Shown: positions 1 through 9,546 of the stretch, one piece after another
How the letters are laid out: each line of letters begins with the position of its first letter
How positions within the stretch are numbered: the stretch's first letter is position 1
NCBI GenBank assembly: GCA_041742135.1
Contig: JBGSJG010000008.1
Coordinates: forward strand, 232,964 to 296,963
Origin: Patescibacteria group bacterium
GTDB taxonomy: Bacteria > Patescibacteriota > Microgenomatia > UBA8517
Direction: 5' to 3'
Length of the DNA: 64,000 nucleotides
Program-made: the position numbers and the translations under genes
Notes under the pieces: model-generated
The model's database searches: none
Seen by the model: only the letters and a program-made list of their open reading frames with translations
Told to the model about the DNA's origin: nothing

Positions 1-863
1 TCTCGCACGATTCTGATTTTCTAAATTGTTTTACTGATGGCGTTTTAAATCTCGATGTCCATACTCATAAAGTCGAGCAATTCGTGGGCAATTATTATGA
101 TGTTTTGGAGCAAATCGCTGCAAAGCTTGAACGCGACAGGCGCGAAAATGCCAGAGTGGAAAAAAGCATTAAAGACCGCTTTGAAAAAATTAACAAGCTT
201 GGTGGCAAAAGTATTGCCATGAGCCAACTCGCCCGCAAGATCAGAAGCGATATCGACGAGGATCGGGAGGGAATAGTAGAAATGCGCCGAGAAGATCGCA
301 CAATTGCGGATTTCACCATAGAAACACAGGAATATGTGGGCCATATAATTAAGATCAAAGAGCCAATTGATACTCTTTTGGTTAATGGTATGAGGCTTCA
401 GATCAAAGGCCCAAACGGTATCGGCAAAAGCACTCTTCTTCGCGCGTTTTTAAATGGCCAAAAAGCTGATATTAATCCGGAAGTTCGTGTGGGTTATTAC
501 AGTCAGGATTTTTCGGAGTTAGATTTTAATCAAACCGCTTTTGAGTCTTTGTTGTCCGTGTCCCTAACAGATAAGGTCCAAGATATTTATGAAGCCGGTG
601 CAAGGTTTTTACTTTCAGGGGACATACTAAATACTAAAATTTCAGATTTGTCCGAAGGGCAAAAGGGACTGCTTTGTTATGCAAGGCTTTATTTACAAAA
701 ACCCGGGCTATTAATTTTGGACGAGCCAACAAATCACATAAACTTTAGGCATATTCCCGTCATCACCAAAGCAATTAATGAATTTGAGGGTCCCGTAATA
801 TTCGTGAGCCATTTGGCAGATTTTTACGAGAAGATTGATGAAGTGCGGGTTTTGGAATTATAA
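1..863 (+). CDS. ABC-F family ATPase, 5'-partial (runs off the window start)
   Basis: Frame is open from base 3 (SHDSDFLN, the H-loop of the first ABC domain). Second ABC domain has Walker A GPNGIGKS, signature LSEGQ, Walker B LILDEPTNH and VSH. Confidence 0.9.
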   Translation, partial: SHDSDFLNCFTDGVLNLDVHTHKVEQFVGNYYDVLEQIAAKLERDRRENARVEKSIKDRFEKINKLGGKSIAMSQLARKIRSDIDEDREGIVEMRREDRTIADFTIETQEYVGHIIKIKEPIDTLLVNGMRLQIKGPNGIGKSTLLRAFLNGQKADINPEVRVGYYSQDFSELDFNQTAFESLLSVSLTDKVQDIYEAGARFLLSGDILNTKISDLSEGQKGLLCYARLYLQKPGLLILDEPTNHINFRHIPVITKAINEFEGPVIFVSHLADFYEKIDEVRVLEL

Positions 864-1141
864 CTTCGCCAAAAAATCCAAAATTAATTTTGCCAAATCC
901 TTCGGCTTATCCGTAATTATAAAGTGATACGAAGGTAGGGAGGCAACCTCCACATTCGGTACAAATTTATATAAAGCCGTCCCCGCGAATGCTTCGATTT
1001 CAGCATCAAGTGTGCCATAAACCATCAAGGTCGGCACAGCAACTTTCTCTACCCATTTTTTGTAAGAATAGCTAAATAAATCTCGATAAAAAGCACCGGT
1101 GGATCTGACAGGCACATTTTGCAAAAAGGCTTTGGCGTTTT
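858..1141 (-). pseudogene. C-terminal fragment of an alpha/beta hydrolase
   Basis: PTLMVYGTLD acid motif and YHF His motif are present, but there is no nucleophile elbow. The frame closes upstream at a TAA (1170-1172). Confidence 0.65.
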
Positions 1142-1994
1142 GAGAGACAGTTTGGTAGAGAAATATAACTTAAATTACAAACCGCATATTCATGTAGACT
1201 CGGTTATCGGATGGTCGTGGTTGACATTTAAAGATTACGACTTTGAAGCAAACCTTTTAGGTATCTCACCTGCAGCAATTCCATTATTGAAAAGGCAATA
1301 TGAAAAAATATCTCAAATAAATCTTGCTGATTCTTGGGGAGTTGACTTCCATAAAGGAGTGGGAGCTACACCTGCAGACAGCAGTATGATTATGGTTAAC
1401 AAGTTTGAAGATATTTCTTTACTATCCAAGAAAATTAGTTCAAAAACAGAAATACACCAATTAGCTCAAGAATTTAGTTCATTCTCTCCAGTTGACTATA
1501 CTTTAGAAACCACACGCGCTTCAGGAGCAGCTCTAGCCGCCCTGGTTTCACTAAAAGTTTTAGGTCTGAATGGAATAAGAAGAAATTTAGCCAATTTAGT
1601 CGAACAAACAATCAAGATGAGGCAACTTATCCAAAAAACAAAAGATATGTTTGTATTAAATGATCAATCGGATGGTTTTGTCACAATGGTTGGATTAATA
1701 CCCAGTTATGGGCACATTAAAGATGCTAATGAATGTTCAAAAGGTGAGCTCGAAGAAGACAATAGATATATAAATGAGTTTTTCAAATGGGACAAAAAGA
1801 CAAGGATTGACAAAGGAATTGGAGCTGAATACTCGGTTAGTAGTAGCTACATCAAAACTGCATGCGGGATAGGTGTTGCGGCTATTAAACTATACCCAAC
1901 CTCACCACATTTTAATGAAGAAAATTCTACTGATACTATAGAAACATTAATTAACCAAAAAAAATTGTTTGATGAAAAGATTTGGCAAAGATAG
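1140..1994 (+). pseudogene. C-terminal part of a group II PLP-dependent decarboxylase
   Basis: HIHVDS and ADSWGVDFHK (PLP lysine) motifs lie near the ORF start, so the N-terminal half is missing. Confidence 0.75.
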
Positions 1995-2567
1995 TTACTT
2001 TTCGAACTTTTTCTTGGCAATCTCATAATCTTCTGGTGTGTCAATTTCAATCCAATCCGTGTCTTTAATAGTTGGGATGGCTTTAGCATTTATTTTATTT
2101 TCTCCTACTCCAACACCCCACCATTTAACTTTATCTAAATCTTTGTAGATACTATGTAAGGTCTCTTTTGTTATTAACTCGCAAACATCAGCACCCACAC
2201 CTCTTTCCTTTGAATATTCGATTATACGTCCGTCTTCCAAAACTACTTTCATCGCTTCTGGATCTTTAAAATTAAAATCTACTAAAGACATGGAATCTCT
2301 TTGTTCTTTATAGGCATCAAGTAATGGTTTTAAAGCTCCTTCACTAAGAACTAAATCAGCATCGAGCATTAAACTGTCTTCAAAACCGATTGTGTTCAAA
2401 GCTACTTTCATAGAAAGGGCATTATCTGCCTTTGTATAATTAACATTATGGATTAAAGCAACATTCTCTAATTCTAGAAATTTTTCGGCATGATGGCCTA
2501 TAACTACATATATTGGTCCAACGCCATATTCCCTTAATTGTTTTATTAATCTTTTCACGATTGGCTT
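1995..2567 (-). pseudogene. NTP transferase (LicC/phosphocholine cytidylyltransferase-like), 5'-truncated
   Basis: KPIVKRLIKQL...VVIGH...DADL...WIEIDTPEDY motifs. The N-terminal AAGxGxR motif is absent and the frame closes at 2580-2582. Confidence 0.7.
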
Positions 2568-2825
2568 GACGAGCGCGAGTTAACCAAAGAGCAGCTAAGT
2601 GTTACGTCAATTAAAGTTGAAGGTGTAGATAAAAGAGGAATTCTTTCTGACGTGTCTACTTGGGTTTCTGATTTTAAAGGAAACATTGTGGTGCTTGAGT
2701 CCAAATCACAAAACGGTAGATTTTCAATGCTTTTAGTTGTAAAAGGGATTTGCTCTGAAAATGAAGAATCCTTAAAGCAACACTTTGTTGATGATGAGAG
2801 ATTTGAGATTTGGAAGATTGTCTAG
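2562..2825 (+). pseudogene. ACT-domain C-terminal fragment (RelA/SpoT-type ACT), not in the ORF track
   Basis: Manual translation gives WLDERELTKEQLSVTSIKVEGVDKRGILSDVSTWVSDFKGNIVV...WKIV*. The DxxGIL...NI pattern is ACT-like and there is no upstream start. Confidence 0.6.
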
Positions 2826-2944
2826 TTTTTATAGCACCAAGTAATCACATTTTACATCGGGACATCGGTTCAAATTCGTTTTAGAATTTCAATACTAAAA
2901 AAACAAACAGATCGAACATCGACTAAACAGTTCGAATCCTATCG

Positions 2945-3026
2945 GGGTCGCTTGCCAGTTGATGTTCGAACTTGGATAAGTCTTAATCCCACAGATTTAA
3001 TCTCATTAAATTATGTTACTGCTTAA
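2945..3026 (+). repeat. Copy 1 of an 81-bp coding-like repeat (putative recombinase C-terminal tail / att scar)
   Basis: First 38 nt match 6034-6071 at 36/38 positions. Encodes GRLPVDVRTWISLNPTDLISLNYVTA*. Confidence 0.8.
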
Positions 3027-3072
3027 TTTTAAACCCCTGAAATTTGATGGGGAATGATTTGAAGAATAGGTC

Positions 3073-4119
3073 TCAAACAGTAAAGAATTTTGCTGCGCTG
3101 TTGGAGAAAACATCGGATTTTGCTTGCTCTGCTAGTGTCGGCTCAGGATACAGCTGGCTGATCGCATCCCGAATTGCTGTAAGTGATTCCCAATGAATGT
3201 GCACAGCTCCTAAGGCTAAGTGTTTGTATCTTTCGTGATCATCTTTATCAACCCAATGAAAGGGATATTGTGTAACAACTCTTTGCCCTTTTGTGGGATG
3301 ATCATAGAGAACGAATCTGAGTAGGTTTAATGGCTCATCGGTTCCAAACATTATTCGCTTTGTGCCAAATGTACTGAAAGCAGTTTTAAATACTTCTTTA
3401 GAAGCAATCATTGATGTATCCATTGAAATGTTTGGGTATTGGGCTAATTCCGCGTATGTTTCTTCTAAGTTAGGCATTAAAACAGCTGCTAAGCCCATAT
3501 GAGCTAAGCTTATTTTTAAGTTTGGAAATGTTCTTGCCACTTCAATCAATTCGTCTTTACATTCGGTAACAATTTTTGGTAAATGTAAAATTATCGGTGT
3601 TTCAGTTTCTTCGCTTACTCTCAATATATCGGGAGGGAAGTATTGATAAATATTCTTTGCATGGGGATTAAACATTTGATGATACATTTTCAAAGCTTTG
3701 AATTGTTTTGTTCTTAACATCGAATTTGTATAGTCGGGATCATTTGGTATTCCACATAACACGACATTGTCTGGATCTGTTACATTTTTTATTAAATATT
3801 CGTTTGCGCTTTTAATATCTATGCCTCTAAAAGGGAAGGGGAACCGTAATCTACTTAGATTTTTTCCTTCAAACATTGCCCTTTTAGCTTTGTCTGAGTC
3901 TTCGAGACTAAATTGGAGAAAAGTACTATTTAACTGACCGTACATATGATCGTCAATCTCATATACATCTCTAGAAAGCCCACAATGCGTATGGCAGTCA
4001 ATCAAAGTATCTGGAAGCCATTCTTTAAATTCCTGAACTAAAGCTGTTTCTTTCTCTGTAAAAGATAACGAGTTTTCGACATATGTTACAAATGGAATAC
4101 CTCGAGTTCTTTCTGTCAT
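3073..4119 (-). CDS. Amidohydrolase family (metal-dependent TIM barrel)
   Basis: IDCHTH, KMYH, ILHLP, LAHMG, DTS and FGTDEP motifs. Start moved to ATG 4119, 6 nt after TGGTACAAT. Confidence 0.85.
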   Translation of the reverse strand: MTERTRGIPFVTYVENSLSFTEKETALVQEFKEWLPDTLIDCHTHCGLSRDVYEIDDHMYGQLNSTFLQFSLEDSDKAKRAMFEGKNLSRLRFPFPFRGIDIKSANEYLIKNVTDPDNVVLCGIPNDPDYTNSMLRTKQFKALKMYHQMFNPHAKNIYQYFPPDILRVSEETETPIILHLPKIVTECKDELIEVARTFPNLKISLAHMGLAAVLMPNLEETYAELAQYPNISMDTSMIASKEVFKTAFSTFGTKRIMFGTDEPLNLLRFVLYDHPTKGQRVVTQYPFHWVDKDDHERYKHLALGAVHIHWESLTAIRDAISQLYPEPTLAEQAKSDVFSNSAAKFFTV

Positions 4120-4340
4120 TTTGGGATTGTACCATTTTGATAGGTCAGATAACAAATGAGGCCAAAATTACAATACTTATAATGACTCCACCAAGTCATT
4201 ACCTTATAATTTTGAGGAGATTGAGAAAGGGAGGATTATATCTTCGAAGTTTCCCGAGATCGGTTTCTAAAGTTTTAAGTGATAGAAGATGGTAAAATTC
4301 AAATAGTTGTATTAAAATTTGCAGATTCCGATATACTAGT

Positions 4341-5600
4341 ATGAAAAATAAAAGAATGAGAGAAAGAGAGATACTAAATCCGGCAGAGCTTGAACAGAGA
4401 GTTGACGAACTACTCACTAGAGGGGTTGTTGACGTGATTAATAGGGAGCACTTGAGAGAGAGGATGCTTTCTGGTGATGTTTTAAGAGTGAAGTTTGGTA
4501 TAGATCCGACTGGTCCAAATATTCATATTGGAAGAGGATCCACAATTAAAAAACTTAGGGAATTTCAAGATTTAGGCCATCAGGTTGTTTTGATAATTGG
4601 TGATGCTACGGCGCAAATAGGTGATGCTTCAGATAAAGAAAGTACAAGAAAAATGCTAAGTGCAGAGGAAGTAGCTTCGAACAAAGCAAAGTACTTAGAA
4701 CAAATTGGGAGAATTATAGATATCGATAAAACAGAAATCCACCACAATAGTGAATGGACAGATCAACTTACACCCAAAGACTGGATTCGCTTGGGAAGCC
4801 TTTTTACCTTGCAGCAGATAATACAACGAGACAATTTCGCTAAAAGAATAGCAAAAGATAATCCGGTCGGATTTCATGAAGCCATGTATTCTCTACTTCA
4901 AGGTTTTGATTCTGTGAACATAGAAGCAGATGTTGAAATAGGAGGCACCGACCAACTATTCAATTTACTTGCTGGAAGAAAAATACAAGAGCATTTTGGG
5001 CAAAAGCCTCAAGATGTTATGACACTGCAACTATTAGCTGGAACCGATGGAAGAAAGATGAGCACAAGCTGGGGTAATGTGATACTGGTCAACGAACCCC
5101 CAGAAGAGAAATATGGAAAAGTAATGAGAATAGCCGACCCACTTATACCAGTGTACCTAGAAAATGCAACATTAATGCCTATGGAGAAAGTGCGTGAGAT
5201 AAGAGTGGCACTAGAAGAAGGTACAGGAAATCCTATGGATTACAAAAAAGAGCTAGCATATGAGATAGTGAGTTTTTACGATGGGGAAGAGTTGGCAAAG
5301 CAAGCACAATCAAACTTTGAGCAGGTAGTCCAAAAACAGGAAGTTCCCAATGAGATGGCCGCTATAAAAGTTTCACACGAACTAAGCGTTACGGAATTGT
5401 TTGATGTTTTAAAAGGAGCTAACTTAGTTAAGAGTAAAGCAGACGCAAAGCGATTAATGGATCAAGGCGCAATCCAAATAGGAGATTCCAAATTAAAGGT
5501 CGATGATTTGAAGACCTTGGTTGATATGCCTCAAGATTCTGAAGGGATTGTTGTAAAAGTAGGTAAACGAAGATTTGTACGCTTAGTGGTTGGAGAATAA
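4341..5600 (+). CDS. tyrS: Tyrosine--tRNA ligase
   Basis: GIDPTGPNIHIGR (HIGH-like), LLQGFDS, GGTDQLFN, KMSTS (KMSKS-like), and a C-terminal S4 domain ending KVGKRRF. Confidence 0.95.
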   Translation: MKNKRMREREILNPAELEQRVDELLTRGVVDVINREHLRERMLSGDVLRVKFGIDPTGPNIHIGRGSTIKKLREFQDLGHQVVLIIGDATAQIGDASDKESTRKMLSAEEVASNKAKYLEQIGRIIDIDKTEIHHNSEWTDQLTPKDWIRLGSLFTLQQIIQRDNFAKRIAKDNPVGFHEAMYSLLQGFDSVNIEADVEIGGTDQLFNLLAGRKIQEHFGQKPQDVMTLQLLAGTDGRKMSTSWGNVILVNEPPEEKYGKVMRIADPLIPVYLENATLMPMEKVREIRVALEEGTGNPMDYKKELAYEIVSFYDGEELAKQAQSNFEQVVQKQEVPNEMAAIKVSHELSVTELFDVLKGANLVKSKADAKRLMDQGAIQIGDSKLKVDDLKTLVDMPQDSEGIVVKVGKRRFVRLVVGE

Positions 5601-5677
5601 CCAAACTAATCTTCACACGACTCCTTATTAGAGGTAGCTAATTAGCTTAACTTTAATGTTTTGTATATAATTCTAGC

Positions 5678-6115
5678 ATGCAAAAATCTTTTTGGGATAT
5701 TGTAGGTGTCAGTTCTGAAATTCAGACTATTAACGAAGATTCTATTGTAGACGCTGTCCGTGTAGCTTTTATTAGTAATAAGCATAATTTTTATACAAGC
5801 TGTTGGTTTATCGACATTAAAGAAAAGTTTAGAATATTTAGATTTCATAATATTGCATACATTGCAAAGAAAATAAGTAATGAAAAAGCCGAGAAAGAGA
5901 TTAGTAGTTCTCTAAAGGCTTTCAATAAACTTGATGGTAAAGCAGTTGGAACAAAAACAATGAGGATAGTGGTTCCTAAAAAGATTACTTCTTCAAAGGA
6001 TAGCAATAAGTGTTTCCTGATATCAGAATATTTGGGTCGCCTGCCAGTTGATGTTCGAACTTGGATTAGTCGAAACCCAACAGGTCTAATTGGCTTAAAT
6101 TATATTGCTTTATGA
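5678..6115 (+). pseudogene. Probable kinase-like N-lobe truncated by the repeat at 6034
   Basis: YIAKK...EKE...VVPK...LISEYLG resembles a protein-kinase-like N-lobe and hinge. The last 26 codons are repeat copy 2. Confidence 0.45.
6034..6115 (+). repeat. Copy 2 of the 81-bp coding-like repeat
   Basis: Encodes GRLPVDVRTWISRNPTGLIGLNYIAL*, 20/26 aa identical to copy 1, with the stop at the same position. Confidence 0.8.
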
Positions 6116-6164
6116 GTTGAGTTACACTATTTAGCTTTTGCTGAGATAGTATTATAATACCCCC

Positions 6165-6611
6165 ATGAGAGCACCTTACCAAGTACTTGTCTTTCCGTAT
6201 ATAAAGAAAGATCAAGGCATTAACTACTGCATCTTTAAACGCAAAGACATGAAAGTATGGCAGGCGGTTTCAGGTGGTGGAGAAGAAGGAGAAACACCAT
6301 TGGAAGCCGCTAAAAGAGAAGCAAAAGAGGAAGCAAATATTCCTACAAAAAATAGCTTCTTCCAATTAAGCTCAACTGCAAGTATCCCCGTTGAAGCAAT
6401 CCGCGGATTTTTGTGGGGAGAAGATGTTCTTGTTATCCCTGAATATACTTTTGGTGTTGAAGTTGATGACGAGAAGATTGGCTTGAAAGACGAGCATACT
6501 GAATATAAATGGGGGACATACGAAGAAATATCGGAAAAGCTGGAATGGGATAGCAACAAAACTGCATTGTGGGAACTTAATCACCGTCTAACCAAAAACA
6601 AGCTGCAATAA
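6165..6611 (+). CDS. Nudix hydrolase (NudB/dATP pyrophosphohydrolase-like)
   Basis: WQAVSGGGEEGETPLEAAKREAKEEANI Nudix box; EHTEYKW. Confidence 0.9.
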   Translation: MRAPYQVLVFPYIKKDQGINYCIFKRKDMKVWQAVSGGGEEGETPLEAAKREAKEEANIPTKNSFFQLSSTASIPVEAIRGFLWGEDVLVIPEYTFGVEVDDEKIGLKDEHTEYKWGTYEEISEKLEWDSNKTALWELNHRLTKNKLQ

Positions 6612-6637
6612 GTAACCAACATATCTGGGCGATACCC

Positions 6638-7081
6638 TTATAATTCAGCTTTTCGTTCAACGTCTGCAGAAAAAGCTTTTTCAGAAGCTTTTCTTAAGAA
6701 ATTTTCGCTATCTCTAGCGAAATCCAATCGCTCGAATTCAGAAGGATTAATAAACCTTATTTCTTGCCCCTCATTACAATTAATTTGTTGACATTCATCA
6801 TACCACGCCCAGAAAATAGTCCTTTCTACTTCTAAGTTTTCGCCAATCATATAATTATCTTTTAGTAGAAAGTACAAGTCTTTAGGTCTTATCACATAAT
6901 CTGTTTCCTCTAATAGTTCCCTTGTTCCAGTTGATATAAGATCCTTATCGATGCTTTCTTCCTTACCCCCACCAACTACTCCCCATTTATCAGGCTCAAG
7001 AATACTCGGAATATTATCCCTGTGTTGTGCTAGTACGGAGCCATCCGGCTTTATTAATATAACTGCAGCATACTGTATCAT
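6638..7081 (-). CDS. Nudix hydrolase
   Basis: QHRD...WGVVGGGKE...RELLEET Nudix box; EGQ motif. Confidence 0.85.
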   Translation of the reverse strand: MIQYAAVILIKPDGSVLAQHRDNIPSILEPDKWGVVGGGKEESIDKDLISTGTRELLEETDYVIRPKDLYFLLKDNYMIGENLEVERTIFWAWYDECQQINCNEGQEIRFINPSEFERLDFARDSENFLRKASEKAFSADVERKAEL

Positions 7082-7168
7082 AAATAAGTATTATACCGTA
7101 AATAACACAATTGTGTCGTGAACAGGAGCTAAATTTTATTTTATTATAAAAACATATATACTATAGGA

Positions 7169-8362
7169 ATGGTTGAAAATCCTTTATCTGAATTTGCTAG
7201 AAAAGATATTCCAGGTGTCTTTAATGAAGTTAATGTTCTCAGGCAACATAAAACTCGTGTTGAACACGCTTTAAATAATGACACGATTTTGCCTCCGTAC
7301 GAAATTATAATTCACCCAGCTGCTGGTTGTAATCTTCATTGTGACTGGTGTATCGGCGGGAGAGTCCTTGAAGATCAGGATGGCGAATGGAGTGATTTGC
7401 TTCCGAGCGCCCTAGTAAATCCTGACAATATGGAAAGGTTAATAACGGGAGTGGTTAATTATAAGAAAGAAGGTTTCAGGGTTGAGAATGTCTCTTTTTC
7501 AGGTATAACAGGTGAACCTCTTGTAGCCAAACAATCATTTATAAGAGCAGTCGATATCCTTAAAAACGAGGACATCAGAGTTGGCCTTTTCAGCAACGCA
7601 GTTCTTATTGATGAAGAAACAATAGAAGCCCTCTTAAAAATAGATTATATAAGTATTAGTGTTGATGCCGGTACACCCGAGACTTATGCCAATTTGAAAT
7701 ATGGAGGGATGCCTCAGGGAAGAATACTGTTCGAACGCCTTGTCAGAAACATCGATAGTCTTGTTAAGGCTCGAAATGAATCTACGGATAGCAACTTGCA
7801 GGTTAACTCGTCTTTTGTATTATACCCTGACAACTATGATGAAATATACGAAGCTGCGAATCTTTTAAAAGGGTTAGGTGTGGGAACACTTCGGATGAAA
7901 CAAGATATATCTGGTAGAAAGTTGTTGTCTCAAGAACAAAAAGAGGAAGCAAGAATACTACTTGAAAGAGTTGACGGGCTTGTTGATGGTAACTTTGAAT
8001 TTGTAAAAATTCATCAACTCGGTAGACCTTCAGACATGCAACGACTTTTCCATAGGTGTGTAATTACGGACTTAATGGCCGCAATAGGCTCTGATGGTAA
8101 TGTTTATCCATGCAACTATAATGCAACGCTCGAAGGAGTTCCGTATGGTAATGCAATAGATAGTAGTTTTGAAGAAATTTGGGAAGGTGAAAAAAGAAAA
8201 CAAGTCAAAAATCAAATTCCAAGTATTTGCCCTCCATATTGCGATCCTTTCAAAACTCGAGCGAACAACCTATTGCAGGCAGTTAGTGACTCTCAAGAAG
8301 TGCATGGTATAGAAGAAACACAGGGGTACATTCAAGAAATAATAGATACAATTGATAAATAA
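7169..8362 (+). CDS. Radical SAM protein with SPASM/twitch domain
   Basis: CNLHCDWC, TGEPL, ISVDAG, and C-terminal C...DGNVYPC...GN...FEEIW...C..C. Confidence 0.9.
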   Translation: MVENPLSEFARKDIPGVFNEVNVLRQHKTRVEHALNNDTILPPYEIIIHPAAGCNLHCDWCIGGRVLEDQDGEWSDLLPSALVNPDNMERLITGVVNYKKEGFRVENVSFSGITGEPLVAKQSFIRAVDILKNEDIRVGLFSNAVLIDEETIEALLKIDYISISVDAGTPETYANLKYGGMPQGRILFERLVRNIDSLVKARNESTDSNLQVNSSFVLYPDNYDEIYEAANLLKGLGVGTLRMKQDISGRKLLSQEQKEEARILLERVDGLVDGNFEFVKIHQLGRPSDMQRLFHRCVITDLMAAIGSDGNVYPCNYNATLEGVPYGNAIDSSFEEIWEGEKRKQVKNQIPSICPPYCDPFKTRANNLLQAVSDSQEVHGIEETQGYIQEIIDTIDK

Positions 8363-8376
8363 TTCGAAAGAATAAG

Positions 8377-9546
8377 TTGGCGTACAAATATAATCAGAAA
8401 GATTTAATCTCGATTGGAGAACCGGCTCTTGGGACTGTTTACAACCAAGAGGAGATTGATGTTGTAAATAATGTGCTTAAGAAGTCTATGGATCCCAGTG
8501 TAGGCTTCTACGCGGCAGAAGAGACTTTGAAGTTTGAACATGAATTTTCCAAATTATGCAATTCTAAATATGCGATTGCGTTAAATGGGGCTGGTGGAGC
8601 GATAGATATTGTAATTAGATCTCTCAATATCAAAGACGGAGACGAAATAATTTCCTGTTCGATTAATTTTCCAGGGACACATTTATCAATAATTGGGAAT
8701 GGTGCAAAACTTGTTTTAGCTGAGCCTGATCCTCTTACACTCAACTTAGACCCAACAGATTTAAAGGGACGCTTGACAAAAAGGACCAAAGCGGTGGTTA
8801 TCACTTATATGAATGGTCTTGCAGCTGATATGGACTCAATTAATAGCGTCATTAATAGTTCTAAGTTGTTCGGAAAGGACAAGCCAAAAGTTATTGTTGA
8901 TGCTGCAAGAGCTCTTGGTACTACTTTCAAAAGACATCACATTGGTCCAGAAGCGTGGGCAACTGTATTTAGCTTTCAATCAAAGAAAACTCTATCAACC
9001 TTAGGTGAAGGCGGTATGGTAATTACCAACGACAGTGATTTAGAGCTTGCTTTGAGGCAATTTCGATCATTTGGTAAAAACGAAAATTGGGGTAGTAATT
9101 ATAAGATGACAAAAATTCAAGCTGCTGTAGGGTCAGTACAATTGAATAAATTACCAAAATTGGTAGACAAGAGGAGAAGATTGGCAGAACAAAGGAATCA
9201 GTTTTTTTCTAAAATCCCAGAAATCTCAATTCAACAAGATACCGAATATAGTAAGAACTCATATTATTTATATACTCTGATTTTACCTCCAAATCCAAAA
9301 GGCACTAAGCGCGATAAATTGATGCAGCATCTAAAAAATGGCTATGGAGTAGGTACTGTAGTAGGTAATCCGCCAACTTATAAGTCAAATAGCTTAATTA
9401 AAAAAAGAGTTATTGCGCAGCAGTTACCTATAGCAGAAGACCTCGGGGAAAGAATTATATGTGTGAGCATACATCCACTTTTAACTAAGAAAACTAATCT
9501 GTATGTTATTGATTCGTTTTTAAAAGCATATGAAAAGGCCTTCTGA
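8377..9546 (+). CDS. DegT/DnrJ/EryC1/StrS PLP aminotransferase
   Basis: GDEII, VDAARALG, FSFQSKKTLSTLGEGGM and NYKM motifs. Confidence 0.92.
   Translation: MAYKYNQKDLISIGEPALGTVYNQEEIDVVNNVLKKSMDPSVGFYAAEETLKFEHEFSKLCNSKYAIALNGAGGAIDIVIRSLNIKDGDEIISCSINFPGTHLSIIGNGAKLVLAEPDPLTLNLDPTDLKGRLTKRTKAVVITYMNGLAADMDSINSVINSSKLFGKDKPKVIVDAARALGTTFKRHHIGPEAWATVFSFQSKKTLSTLGEGGMVITNDSDLELALRQFRSFGKNENWGSNYKMTKIQAAVGSVQLNKLPKLVDKRRRLAEQRNQFFSKIPEISIQQDTEYSKNSYYLYTLILPPNPKGTKRDKLMQHLKNGYGVGTVVGNPPTYKSNSLIKKRVIAQQLPIAEDLGERIICVSIHPLLTKKTNLYVIDSFLKAYEKAF

Noticed and set aside
2929-2951. GTTCGAATCCTATCGGGGTCGC resembles a tRNA T-arm and 3' end
   Set aside because: No D-arm, anticodon arm or pairing 5' acceptor strand upstream, so it is not called a tRNA. 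It overlaps the att-like repeat.
4341-5600. TyrRS with HIGR and KMSTS instead of HIGH/KMSKS as a possibly inactive enzyme
   Set aside because: The rest of the protein is intact and such motif variants occur in functional class I synthetases. There is no sign of decay.
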